Below, piece after piece: positions 1 through 7,556 of a stretch of 64,000 bases of DNA (its first letter is position 1; each line of letters opens with the position of its first letter). Under the pieces are notes generated by a model, which was given only the letters and a program-made list of their open reading frames with translations, had not been told where the DNA came from and ran no database searches. The translations under genes and the position numbers were made by a program. The stretch comes from Pseudomonadota bacterium (GTDB lineage: Bacteria > Pseudomonadota > Gammaproteobacteria > SURF-13), in contig JBFLZV010000005.1 in assembly GCA_040756035.1 (NCBI GenBank), positions 147 to 64,146 on the forward strand, written 5' to 3'.

Positions 1-176
1 GTGAATTGGAGGCGTTGTGCGCCGGCTCGCAGTCGGCGGTGTCGCAATTCCTGGCGCGGATGCGCGCCGAAGGTTTGGTGGCGGCGCGCCGCGAGGGTCA
101 ATTCGTGTTTTACCGAATTTCCGATCCGAAGATTTTCAAATTGATCGAATCATTACGAAAGGTTTTTTGTCACTGA
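1..176 (+). CDS. ArsR/SmtB-family transcriptional regulator, C-terminal part (BigR/SqrR-like persulfide sensor candidate); 5'-truncated by window edge
   Basis: Frame-3 translation ...LCAGSQSAVSQFLARMRAEGLVAARREGQFVFYRISDPKIFKLIESLRKVFCH* is a typical ArsR winged-HTH recognition helix and wing. Stop codon at 174-176. Sits directly upstream of DUF442, SDO and TauE genes. Confidence 0.6.
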   Translation, partial: ELEALCAGSQSAVSQFLARMRAEGLVAARREGQFVFYRISDPKIFKLIESLRKVFCH

Positions 177-186
177 GGAGGTTACG

Positions 187-621
187 ATGCTGTATCGAGT
201 GAATGAGCGTTTCAGTTTCGGCGATGAATCCACGCCGGAGCAATTAAAAAACCTGGCGGCGCAGGGTTACAAGACCGTCATCGATTTGTGCACGCCCGAG
301 GAAGGGCGGCAGATCGCGGCGGCGCAGGCGCAGCAGGCCGGCCTGGCTCTGCGGCAGGTGCCGGTGTCTGTGAACGCGCTAAGCGCGGACACCGTGCAGA
401 AATTTATCGACAGCGCCGGCCATGCGGCGGGGCCGGTATACGTGCGCTGCGCGAGCGGCAAGCGCGCCGGACTGATGACGCTGCTGGCGCTGGCCACCGA
501 GGAGAATTGGCCGGAGGAAAAATTCTTCGAGCAAGTGCATGCGGCGGGCTTTGATTGCTCCAGTGCGCCGGCGCTGGCGCAGTTCGCGCAGGAGTATATG
601 CGGGGTTTGAGAAACCGTTGA
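187..621 (+). CDS. DUF442 domain protein (Blh N-terminal-like, rhodanese/phosphatase-like fold) of the sulfide detox operon
   Basis: 144 aa. Strong RBS GAGGAGG at 174-180. Motif VYVRCASGKRAG resembles a Cys-containing CX5R-type loop. Followed 16 nt later by the MBL-fold dioxygenase, as in a split Blh. Confidence 0.6.
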   Translation: MLYRVNERFSFGDESTPEQLKNLAAQGYKTVIDLCTPEEGRQIAAAQAQQAGLALRQVPVSVNALSADTVQKFIDSAGHAAGPVYVRCASGKRAGLMTLLALATEENWPEEKFFEQVHAAGFDCSSAPALAQFAQEYMRGLRNR

Positions 622-637
622 TGGCGGGAGGTGCGAC

Positions 638-1357
638 GTGATATTTCGGCAATTATTCGATGGTGAATCGAGCACCTATACTTATTTAATAGGCGATGAG
701 CGTACGCGCGAGGCGGTGCTGGTCGATCCGGTGCTGGAGCAGGTGGACAGAGACGTCAAGCTGTTGCAGGAACTCGGGCTCACGCTGAAGTTTTGTCTGG
801 AAACGCACGTGCATGCCGATCACATCACCGGCACGGCGCGGCTGCGCGAGGTGACCGGCTGCCAGGGCATTGTGCCCGCCGGCGCGCAGGTCGATTGCGC
901 GGACCGCTTTATCCGCGACGGCGAAACCGTGCAGATCGGCGACGTGACTGTTCAAGCCATCGCCACGCCGGGGCATACCGATAGCCACATGGCGTACCTG
1001 GTGAACGGCGAACGCGTGCTCACCGGCGACGCGCTGTTGATCCGCGGTTGCGGGCGCACCGACTTTCAAAGCGGCAACGCCGCGCAGCTCTACGATTCCG
1101 TGACCGGACGCTTGTACGCGCTGCCGGAAAATACCGCGGTATATCCGGCGCACGATTACCGTGGCCATACGGTATCCACCGTCGGCGAAGAACGCCGCTG
1201 GAATCCGCGCTTCGCGGGGCGTGACCGCAAGAGCTTCGTCGAGTACATGAACAGCCTCAAGCTGCCGTACCCGAAGAAGATCATGGAGGCGTTGCCCGCG
1301 AATGAGCAATGCGGAAACGTGAAAGACGGCGCGCAGCCGACGCCGCAGGCGGTATAA
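638..1357 (+). CDS. persulfide dioxygenase (ETHE1/SDO family, metallo-beta-lactamase fold)
   Basis: 239 aa. HVHADH metal-binding motif, TPGHT and AHDY motifs typical of glyoxalase-II/ETHE1 enzymes. GTG start with GGGAGG RBS. Confidence 0.8.
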   Translation: MIFRQLFDGESSTYTYLIGDERTREAVLVDPVLEQVDRDVKLLQELGLTLKFCLETHVHADHITGTARLREVTGCQGIVPAGAQVDCADRFIRDGETVQIGDVTVQAIATPGHTDSHMAYLVNGERVLTGDALLIRGCGRTDFQSGNAAQLYDSVTGRLYALPENTAVYPAHDYRGHTVSTVGEERRWNPRFAGRDRKSFVEYMNSLKLPYPKKIMEALPANEQCGNVKDGAQPTPQAV

Positions 1358-1360
1358 GGC

Positions 1361-2140
1361 GTGACGGCGTGGCTCATCGGGCTGACCTTCGCCGGGCTCA
1401 TCGGCGTCAGCATGGGCCTGTTGGGCGGCGGTGGATCGGTGCTGGCCGTGCCGGTGTTCGTGTACGTGCTCGGCGTGCCGCCCAAGCCCGCGATAGCGAT
1501 GACGCTCATCGTCATCGCCGCGGTGAGCTTGATCGCCGCGCTGTATCACTGGCGCGCCGGTAATCTCAATTTCAAGACCGCGCTCAAATTCGGCGCGGCG
1601 ATGGTGCCGGGCTCGTATCTGGGCGCCAAGGCGGCGGCACTGCCGTTTATCACCGGCGAAGTGCAAATGGCGTTGCTGGCCGTTGTGATGCTGGTCGCGG
1701 CGTCGTTTATGATATATCGTAGCCTCCGCGGTTTGCCCGCGGAAGAAAATTTGTTCGGTTTTTACCCGAAGCCGCTGTGCCGGCGCTGCGGATTGTGGAT
1801 GATGACCGAGGGTCTCGGCGTCGGACTGCTGACCGGTCTGGTGGGCGTGGGCGGCGGCTTCGCCATCGTGCCGGCCTTGGTGCTGCTCGGCAATACGCCG
1901 ATGCGCGAGGCCATAGGCACGTCGCTGCTGGTGATCGCGATCAGCGCGGCGGCGGCGTTCACCGGCTATCTCGGCCAAGTGAGCTTGGATATATACCTGA
2001 TGTCCGTTTTTACGATCATCGCCGGCGGGGGCGCGCTGGCCGGCGCGCTGCTGACGCGCGTCCTGCACCCCATGCAGTTACAGCGCGGTTTCGCCTACTT
2101 TCTGGCACTGGTGGCCGTTTTCATTTTATGGAAACTTTAA
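1361..2140 (+). CDS. TauE/SafE (DUF81) sulfite/anion exporter family membrane protein
   Basis: 259 aa, polytopic and Gly-rich (LLGGGGSVLAVPVFVYVLGV, second repeat GVGGGFAIVPALVLLG), a two-repeat 4-TM architecture. Third gene of the BigR-type operon. Confidence 0.75.
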   Translation: MTAWLIGLTFAGLIGVSMGLLGGGGSVLAVPVFVYVLGVPPKPAIAMTLIVIAAVSLIAALYHWRAGNLNFKTALKFGAAMVPGSYLGAKAAALPFITGEVQMALLAVVMLVAASFMIYRSLRGLPAEENLFGFYPKPLCRRCGLWMMTEGLGVGLLTGLVGVGGGFAIVPALVLLGNTPMREAIGTSLLVIAISAAAAFTGYLGQVSLDIYLMSVFTIIAGGGALAGALLTRVLHPMQLQRGFAYFLALVAVFILWKL

Positions 2141-2174
2141 GCAGTCCCCTTTCGCGGCGCACCGGAGCGCCGGC

Positions 2175-2666
2175 ATGATTATTTCGCTGATCGTGGCGAT
2201 GGCGCAAAACCGCGTTATCGGCAGAGACAATGCTCTGCCCTGGCGCTTGCCGGCGGACTTGCACTATTTCAAGCACACCACGCTCGGCAAACCCATCGTC
2301 ATGGGACGCAAGACCTTCGAGTCCATCGGCAAGCCGCTGCCGGGGCGCGCCAATATCATTATTACTCAGGACAAAAACTATCACGCCGCCGGCTGCTGGG
2401 TGGTGCACTCCATCGATGAAGCGTTGCGCGTAACGCAGAGCAACGCGGAGGTAATGGTGATCGGCGGGGCTAAATTATTCGAGCAAATGCTGCCCAGGGC
2501 CACGCGCATTTATCTCACGGAAATTCATCAGGATATTCCCGGCGACACCTACTTCCCGGAATTGAACCGCGATGCGTGGCGCGAGACGCAGCGCATCGAC
2601 TGCGCGCCGGATGAAAAGAACCCTTACGCGTACAGTTTTGTGGTGCTGGAGAAGGCCCCAAAATAG
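2175..2666 (+). CDS. folA: dihydrofolate reductase
   Basis: 163 aa. MIISLIVAMAQNRVIGRDNALPWRLPADLHYFKHTTLGKPIVMGRKTFESIG is a canonical DHFR N-terminus. Confidence 0.9.
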   Translation: MIISLIVAMAQNRVIGRDNALPWRLPADLHYFKHTTLGKPIVMGRKTFESIGKPLPGRANIIITQDKNYHAAGCWVVHSIDEALRVTQSNAEVMVIGGAKLFEQMLPRATRIYLTEIHQDIPGDTYFPELNRDAWRETQRIDCAPDEKNPYAYSFVVLEKAPK

Positions 2667-2694
2667 TGATTGCAGAGCCTGTTTTTTAGGCTTA

Positions 2695-2875
2695 TCTTAA
2701 GGAACCTCTGATTAATTCAGAGGCTCCTCTTTGCTGGGCAGGAAGCCCGAATGCCGCAGGCGGTCGCTCTCGGATCCCTGTCCTCCGCGACACTTGCGTA
2801 TCCCTGCGCATCGCAGGATGCGCAAGAGCGGCGGTGCTCTGATAATTCCTGAGATGGGGTTATTCAGAGTCTCTA
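2695..2875. repeat. Modular palindromic intergenic element, family 1, copy A (degenerate: modules P1, P2, P5 present)
   Basis: AACCTCTGATTAATTCAGAGGCT palindrome at 2703-2725, GTATCCCTGCGCATCGCAGGATGCG hairpin, GCTCTGATAATTCC...GGTTATTCAGAGTCTC palindrome. Same modules recur at 17946-18075, 20937-21087 and 55575-55725. Confidence 0.6.
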
Positions 2876-2949
2876 TTAAATGCGAGAACGGTTATCGGCG
2901 CTACTACCAGTTTGCTTGTCGATGAACGGCTATTAAGCCCGGGAGGTGT

Positions 2950-3162
2950 GTGATGACTTGTAACGTTGGCACGGCGGAAAGAGCCGTGCGCATTGTGTTG
3001 GGCATCGCGCTGTTATCCTTGCTGTTTATCCTGGAGGGTAACGCGAAATACTTGGGCCTGTTTGGGCTGGTGCTGCTGGCTACCGCGGCGGTGCGTTGGT
3101 GTCCGGTTTGGGCCCTATTCGGCGTTAACACATGCGGCGCGCAGAAAAAGTCCGCTACCTGA
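2950..3162 (+). CDS. DUF2892 (YgaP C-terminal-like) small inner-membrane protein
   Basis: 70 aa, two TM helices and the conserved C-terminal CPVWALFGVNTCG motif. GGGAGG RBS 6 nt upstream. Confidence 0.5.
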   Translation: MMTCNVGTAERAVRIVLGIALLSLLFILEGNAKYLGLFGLVLLATAAVRWCPVWALFGVNTCGAQKKSAT

Positions 3163-3232
3163 TGACCTAAGGATTGCAGCAAGTTCGCCAAAATCCGGTC
3201 ATAAATTTTATATCACCGTGAATTTAAGCGCC

Positions 3233-4672
3233 ATGCTTAAACAGATTTTGCTCGTCTCTTTGCTTGCTCTGAGCGGCGCAGCGGCCGTGCAGGCCGCCGT
3301 GCCGGATACCGCGCCTGCGTTGTCCGAAAAAATGGTGGGGCGCGTGGATGTCGCCGGTTGGAAGGACGTCTCGTTTCGCGTGAGTCCGGATGGCAAGCGC
3401 TATGCCTACGTGGTGCAAGCAGGCGAGAAGCAAGCGGTGGTGGTGGACGGCAAGCGCGGCAAATTTTACGACGGCATCGGTGAGCACGCCGGGTTTTTCA
3501 GCCCCGACAGCCGCCGCGTGGCGTACGTTGCGTTGAGTAATGGCGCGTGGCGCGTAGTGCTCGACGGCGTGGAGGGACCGGCCTACGACGCCCTATCGAA
3601 TCCGGTGTTCAGCCCCGACAGCCGCCGCGTCGCCTATAAGGCCAAGCTGAACGGTCAAGCGTTCGTGGTGCTGGACGGTAAGCGCGGCGCGCCGTACGCC
3701 GGCTTGGGCACGCGCGAGCAACCCCTACTGTTCAGTTCCGACAGCCGTCGGTTGGCGTATGTAGCCGCGCAGGACGGCAAGGAATTCGCGGTGATCGACG
3801 GGCGGGCCGGCAAGCCTTATGACTTAATCGGCTCGCGCAGCATAGTATTCAGTCCCGACGGCAAGCGTGTCGCGTACCGCGCCGTGCGCGGCGGTTCCAC
3901 CGTGGTTGTCATCGACGGCGAAGAGCATCAGCCGTATCCCGTGATCGGCATCAGCGCGCCGCGCTTCAGCCCCGACAGTCGGAATTTGGTTTACGTCGCC
4001 GGTGACGGCGTCAAGAAATTCGTAGTGCTCAACGGTGAAGAGCAAGCGGCGTACGATGAAGTGCTTACCTTCTCGCCGGTGTTCAGCCCCGACAGCCGCC
4101 GCGTCGCCTACGTGGTCAGGCACGCGGGCAGGGAGTTCGTGGTGGTCGACGGCAAGGAGGGAAAAAAGTATGATCACATCGCGCAGGAAAGCCCGGTATT
4201 CAGCCCCGATAGCAAGCACGTCGCCTACGTCGCCCAGCAGGATGGCAAGGCCTTCGCCGTAATCGACGGCGCGGAAGGCAAGGCTTATGATTACGTCGGC
4301 GAATTGAAACCGTTTTTCAGTCCCGACGGCAAGCGGGTCGCGTACCGCGCCAGCCGTGATGGGAAGATGCGCGTGGTGGTGGATGGCGTTGAGCAGAAAG
4401 AGTACGATGCCATCGGCAACGGCAATCCGTTGTTCAGCCCGGATGGCGAGCATGTCGCTTATCGCGCGCAGGGGGCTCGCGGCGGCGTGGTGGTGGTGGA
4501 TGGCGCCGAGGGCAAGCCTTACGATTTAATCCTGCCCGAAATCAGATTCGATGCGCCGGACCGGTTGCATTACCTGGCGATAAAAAATGACAATATTTAT
4601 TTAGTCTCGCACAAAGCGGTCAGGACAGGCGCGCATGGATTACGCGCAACTGCGCTATTAACTCGGCGATAA
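3233..4672 (+). CDS. secreted tandem-repeat protein: ten ~40-aa repeats (FSPDGKRVAY...VVVDGxEGKxYD), PD40/TolB-like beta-propeller-blade-like
   Basis: Signal peptide MLKQILLVSLLALSGAAAVQAAV. Ten consecutive repeats are visible in protein and DNA (TTCAGCCCCGACAGCCGCCGCGTCGCCTAC recurs). The ORF-track start at 2966 is an out-of-context N-extension overlapping the DUF2892 gene; trimmed to the in-frame ATG 3233. Confidence 0.6.
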   Translation: MLKQILLVSLLALSGAAAVQAAVPDTAPALSEKMVGRVDVAGWKDVSFRVSPDGKRYAYVVQAGEKQAVVVDGKRGKFYDGIGEHAGFFSPDSRRVAYVALSNGAWRVVLDGVEGPAYDALSNPVFSPDSRRVAYKAKLNGQAFVVLDGKRGAPYAGLGTREQPLLFSSDSRRLAYVAAQDGKEFAVIDGRAGKPYDLIGSRSIVFSPDGKRVAYRAVRGGSTVVVIDGEEHQPYPVIGISAPRFSPDSRNLVYVAGDGVKKFVVLNGEEQAAYDEVLTFSPVFSPDSRRVAYVVRHAGREFVVVDGKEGKKYDHIAQESPVFSPDSKHVAYVAQQDGKAFAVIDGAEGKAYDYVGELKPFFSPDGKRVAYRASRDGKMRVVVDGVEQKEYDAIGNGNPLFSPDGEHVAYRAQGARGGVVVVDGAEGKPYDLILPEIRFDAPDRLHYLAIKNDNIYLVSHKAVRTGAHGLRATALLTRR

Positions 4673-4803
4673 AATATATCTCTATATTATTTTGTCGCCG
4701 TCGCCCAGGCCGGTACATGCCCGGCCTGGTCTCTCGCGGCTTAAGGCCGCAGCAAGGCTCCATGCCTTACTCAACTCGGTAATAAGTACCGCTGAGTTAA
4801 TAG
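4658..4803 (+). repeat. MITE-like structured repeat, family 2, copy 1
   Basis: TTAACTCGGCGATAAAATATATCTCTATATTATTTTGTCGCC hairpin, CCAGGCCGGTACATGCCCGGCCTGG hairpin, GCGGCTTAAGGCCGC hairpin, terminal ...CGCTGAGTTAATAG. Near-identical copies at 12143-12288 (inverted) and 45619-45764. Supplies the last 4 codons and stop of the repeat protein. Confidence 0.6.
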
Positions 4804-4840
4804 TAAAGGGCCGAAAATCCGTTTAGAATTTTCGTCCGGC

Positions 4841-5671
4841 TCAGGCATCCGGCCGCGCGTACGCCGGACACTGCACGCTTGTCCATTCAGGACGGCCGTC
4901 CAGGCGCAGCGCCGTCAATTTACCCCCCCATAAGCATCCGCTGTCCAGTGAATACGCCCCGTCGTCTTCACACGCCCCCAGCGTCGACCAGTGGCCGAAT
5001 AGAATGCGTGCGCCGCGGCTGCGCCGTTCGGGCAACGTAAACCAAGGTCGATACGGCGCGGGCGCGCTGCCGGGCGGCCCTTTTTCCTGCAGCGCCAGGC
5101 AGCCGCGCGCGTCGCAAAAGCGCAGCCGCGTAAAGCAGTTGACGATAAAACGCAATCGTTCCCATCCACCGAGATCGTCCGACCAGCATTGCGGCTGATC
5201 GCCGTACATATGTTGCAAGAATGCGCCATAATTCGGCCCGCGCAACGCAGCCTCGACCTCGGCGGCGCACGCTTGCGCCCGCGCTAAATCCCACTGCGGC
5301 GGCAAGCCGGCGTGGATCAACGTACAGCCCAACGTTTCATCATGATGCAGCAGCGGGCGGCGGCGCAACCAGTCGAGCAGCTCGGCGCGGTCCGGTGCAT
5401 TCAGCACATCGTCGAACGTGTCGCCGGGGCGGCGGTGCTCGCAACCGTGCGCTACCGCCAGCAAATGCAAATCGTGATTGCCCAGCACGGTCACGGCGCG
5501 CTCGCCCAGTCCCTTGACGAAACGCATGACCTCCAGCGAACGCGGCCCGCGGTTTACCAGATCGCCGCAAAACCAAACTTCGTCACGGCGCGCATCGAAG
5601 TCGATGGCCTCGAAAAGCTCGAGCAGCTCATCAAAACAGCCCTGCACGTCGCCGACGGCGTAAACGGCCAT
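4841..5671 (-). CDS. apaH: bis(5'-nucleosyl)-tetraphosphatase (symmetrical), ApaH
   Basis: 276 aa. MAVYAVGDVQGCFDELLELF, GDLVNRGP and GNHD calcineurin-like phosphoesterase motifs. Confidence 0.85.
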   Translation of the reverse strand: MAVYAVGDVQGCFDELLELFEAIDFDARRDEVWFCGDLVNRGPRSLEVMRFVKGLGERAVTVLGNHDLHLLAVAHGCEHRRPGDTFDDVLNAPDRAELLDWLRRRPLLHHDETLGCTLIHAGLPPQWDLARAQACAAEVEAALRGPNYGAFLQHMYGDQPQCWSDDLGGWERLRFIVNCFTRLRFCDARGCLALQEKGPPGSAPAPYRPWFTLPERRSRGARILFGHWSTLGACEDDGAYSLDSGCLWGGKLTALRLDGRPEWTSVQCPAYARPDA

Positions 5672-5857
5672 GGTTCAAACTCCTCGCCGCGGCGGACGCC
5701 GGCCGCGCGGCGCGGCGTTTTTGCCGAAAGGGAGCGGGCGGTGTCCGTTGAACTTGAGAAAGTACACACTGTCTAGAAAGTTGAGTGAATTTTTCAAGGG
5801 ATTAGTCGCCTCAATGGTCATGCTTAACTCTATTTAACCAACTGTGAGGAAAATTTT

Positions 5858-6475
5858 ATGGACAAGAAACTCGCTATTGTCACCACCAGCTTAGTACTGT
5901 TCTCCGGGGCGGCGCTAGCCATACCCACACATAAGGATTTTTTGGCCCTGGACGCCGACAAAGACGGCTATTTGAGCACGGAAGAGTATCAAGGGTATCA
6001 AAACAGTTTGCAAAAGGATTTTGGTCAAGCCGATGTGAGCCAGGACGGCAAGGTCAGCCTGGATGAATTCAAGGCCTCGTCGAAGATTTGGAATGATCCG
6101 TTCGCCGGCGCCGGCAGCCCGTTGACGCCGCCGATGGTTTCAGGGGCTCAAGTCTCAGTGGCACGAACCACCGACGCGGCCGGAGCGGAGACCTCTCAGC
6201 AAATGTCCGGGGCCGTGGCGTCAGGCGACATCCCCGCGTTCGAAGAGTTGGATAAGAACAAGGACGACAAACTGAGCAAGCAGGAGTATGAAGCCGCTGA
6301 AGGTGCGCGAATGAGAGGCGCTGAGACCCAAAAGCAAATCCAGAAAGACATAGATAAACCCGGTATGCTGCAAGAGGAAGTAATGGAGGCCACCGACCCC
6401 AAAATGTTGCAGGATGGGGCGAGCGACGTGGGTAAACCAGCCCAAGGCGGCGGACAATCGGGCGGCGGTCAGTAA
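5858..6475 (+). CDS. secreted EF-hand calcium-binding protein (paralog 1)
   Basis: 205 aa. Signal peptide. EF-hand loops DADKDGYLSTEE, DVSQDGKVSLDE, LDKNKDDKLSKQE. GAGGA RBS. Confidence 0.7.
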   Translation: MDKKLAIVTTSLVLFSGAALAIPTHKDFLALDADKDGYLSTEEYQGYQNSLQKDFGQADVSQDGKVSLDEFKASSKIWNDPFAGAGSPLTPPMVSGAQVSVARTTDAAGAETSQQMSGAVASGDIPAFEELDKNKDDKLSKQEYEAAEGARMRGAETQKQIQKDIDKPGMLQEEVMEATDPKMLQDGASDVGKPAQGGGQSGGGQ

Positions 6476-6616
6476 CGTAAATTGAAAGCCGCTTGGCGAT
6501 TTGTCCCGGCGCGCAACGGAACTTTAATTGCGCCGCCGCTCTCTTAAAGTTAAGAGCATCCGAATGGTGCTCTTAGCCTATCTAATCTTTATTAAAAACT
6601 TAAGGAGGAGTATTTC

Positions 6617-6940
6617 ATGGAAAAGAAATTATTGGCAGCTTTAACTCTGAGCATTTTTTCCGGCGCCGCGTTGGCGGCCAGTATGCCGTCTTTTGACAGC
6701 CTGGATACGAATAAAGACGGCAGCTTGAGCAAGAGCGAGTACGAAGCCGCTAAAACCGTGCGCGGCAGCAGCACCGGCGGCGCATCGGGGAGCGGCGATA
6801 CCACCAGCGGCACCATGGGCGGGGCCGAATCCCCCAGCGGGGGCTCCTCCGGTACGAGTGGTTCCAGCGGCTCTTCCGGTTCGACGGGCGGTTCCAGCGG
6901 GTCGAGCAGCGGCTCTTCTTCCGGAAGTTCCTCACCGTAA
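6617..6940 (+). CDS. secreted EF-hand protein (paralog 2) with Ser/Gly-rich disordered tail
   Basis: 107 aa. Signal peptide. DTNKDGSLSKSE EF loop. C-terminal (SG)n tract SGSSGSSGSTGGSSGSSSGSSSGSSSP. AAGGAGG RBS. Confidence 0.65.
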   Translation: MEKKLLAALTLSIFSGAALAASMPSFDSLDTNKDGSLSKSEYEAAKTVRGSSTGGASGSGDTTSGTMGGAESPSGGSSGTSGSSGSSGSTGGSSGSSSGSSSGSSSP

Positions 6941-6990
6941 ACCAACGTAAACAGTTTGGTTATCGTCTCTCTTCGTTAAACTCCTGAATC

Positions 6991-7036
6991 AGCCCCGCTG
7001 CAGTCGTCATGTGCTGCAAGCGGGGCTGCTTTTTTA
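6991..7036 (+). terminator. rho-independent terminator after EF-hand gene 2
   Basis: AGCCCCGCTGCAGTCGTCATGTGCTGCAAGCGGGGCTG stem followed by CTTTTTT. Confidence 0.6.
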
Positions 7037-7178
7037 AAATGCCGAGATTTTTTTCAAACCGTCTTCATTCGATTGAACTTTGTCGAAGCTCTGACTCTAA
7101 AATTAATACTAAATAAAGATGCGAGTCGATTGCAAAGCGTTCATTAACGGAGTTCAAATTGTCACGGAGGCGTAATGT

Positions 7179-7487
7179 ATGGATATGAATAAAGAGGAAC
7201 CGGAAAATCGCGGCAAGCGCGGCGGTGAAATAGTCAGTCGTGATCGCGAGCACATGGCGGAGATCGGCCGCAAGGGCGGTAAGGCGGTGAGCCAGAATCG
7301 CCAGCACATGGCGGAGATTGGGCGCAGGGGCGGGGTGACGGTGAGTCAGAATCGCGAACACATGGCGCTTATAGGGCGCAAAGGCGGCGCCACGGTCAGC
7401 CGGGATCGCCGGCATATGTCGGAAATCGGCAAAAGAGGCGGCAGGGCGCGGGGCGGCGCGCACGAGTCGGAAGGACGCGCGCAGTAA
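7179..7487 (+). CDS. KGG-repeat general stress protein (YciG/ConJ-like)
   Basis: 102 aa. Four tandem repeats REHMAEIGRKGG-x-VSxxRxHM. KGG-motif stress proteins are commonly sigma-S controlled. Confidence 0.65.
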   Translation: MDMNKEEPENRGKRGGEIVSRDREHMAEIGRKGGKAVSQNRQHMAEIGRRGGVTVSQNREHMALIGRKGGATVSRDRRHMSEIGKRGGRARGGAHESEGRAQ

Positions 7488-7556
7488 AGGAAAGAAAAGT
7501 GCGGCGTGTTGCCGGTTATCATCGTGCAACAGGCCGCGTTTTTATTGGAGGGCGTA

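Noticed and set aside
686-2068. 460-aa ORF on the minus strand spanning the dioxygenase and TauE genes
   Set aside because: Antisense to two well-supported genes. Arg/Gly/His-rich low-complexity translation typical of a GC-rich antisense frame.
2966-3232. N-terminal 89-codon extension of the repeat-protein ORF (start 2966)
   Set aside because: The extension overlaps the DUF2892 gene in another frame and is Cys/Trp/Arg-rich. The signal peptide begins at the in-frame ATG 3233.
5695-5725. CCGCGCGGCGCGG hairpin + TTTTT on the plus strand upstream of EF-hand gene 1
   Set aside because: No plus-strand gene upstream to terminate (apaH is on the minus strand). Possibly fortuitous, or an apaH-promoter-region structure. 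No evidence either way.
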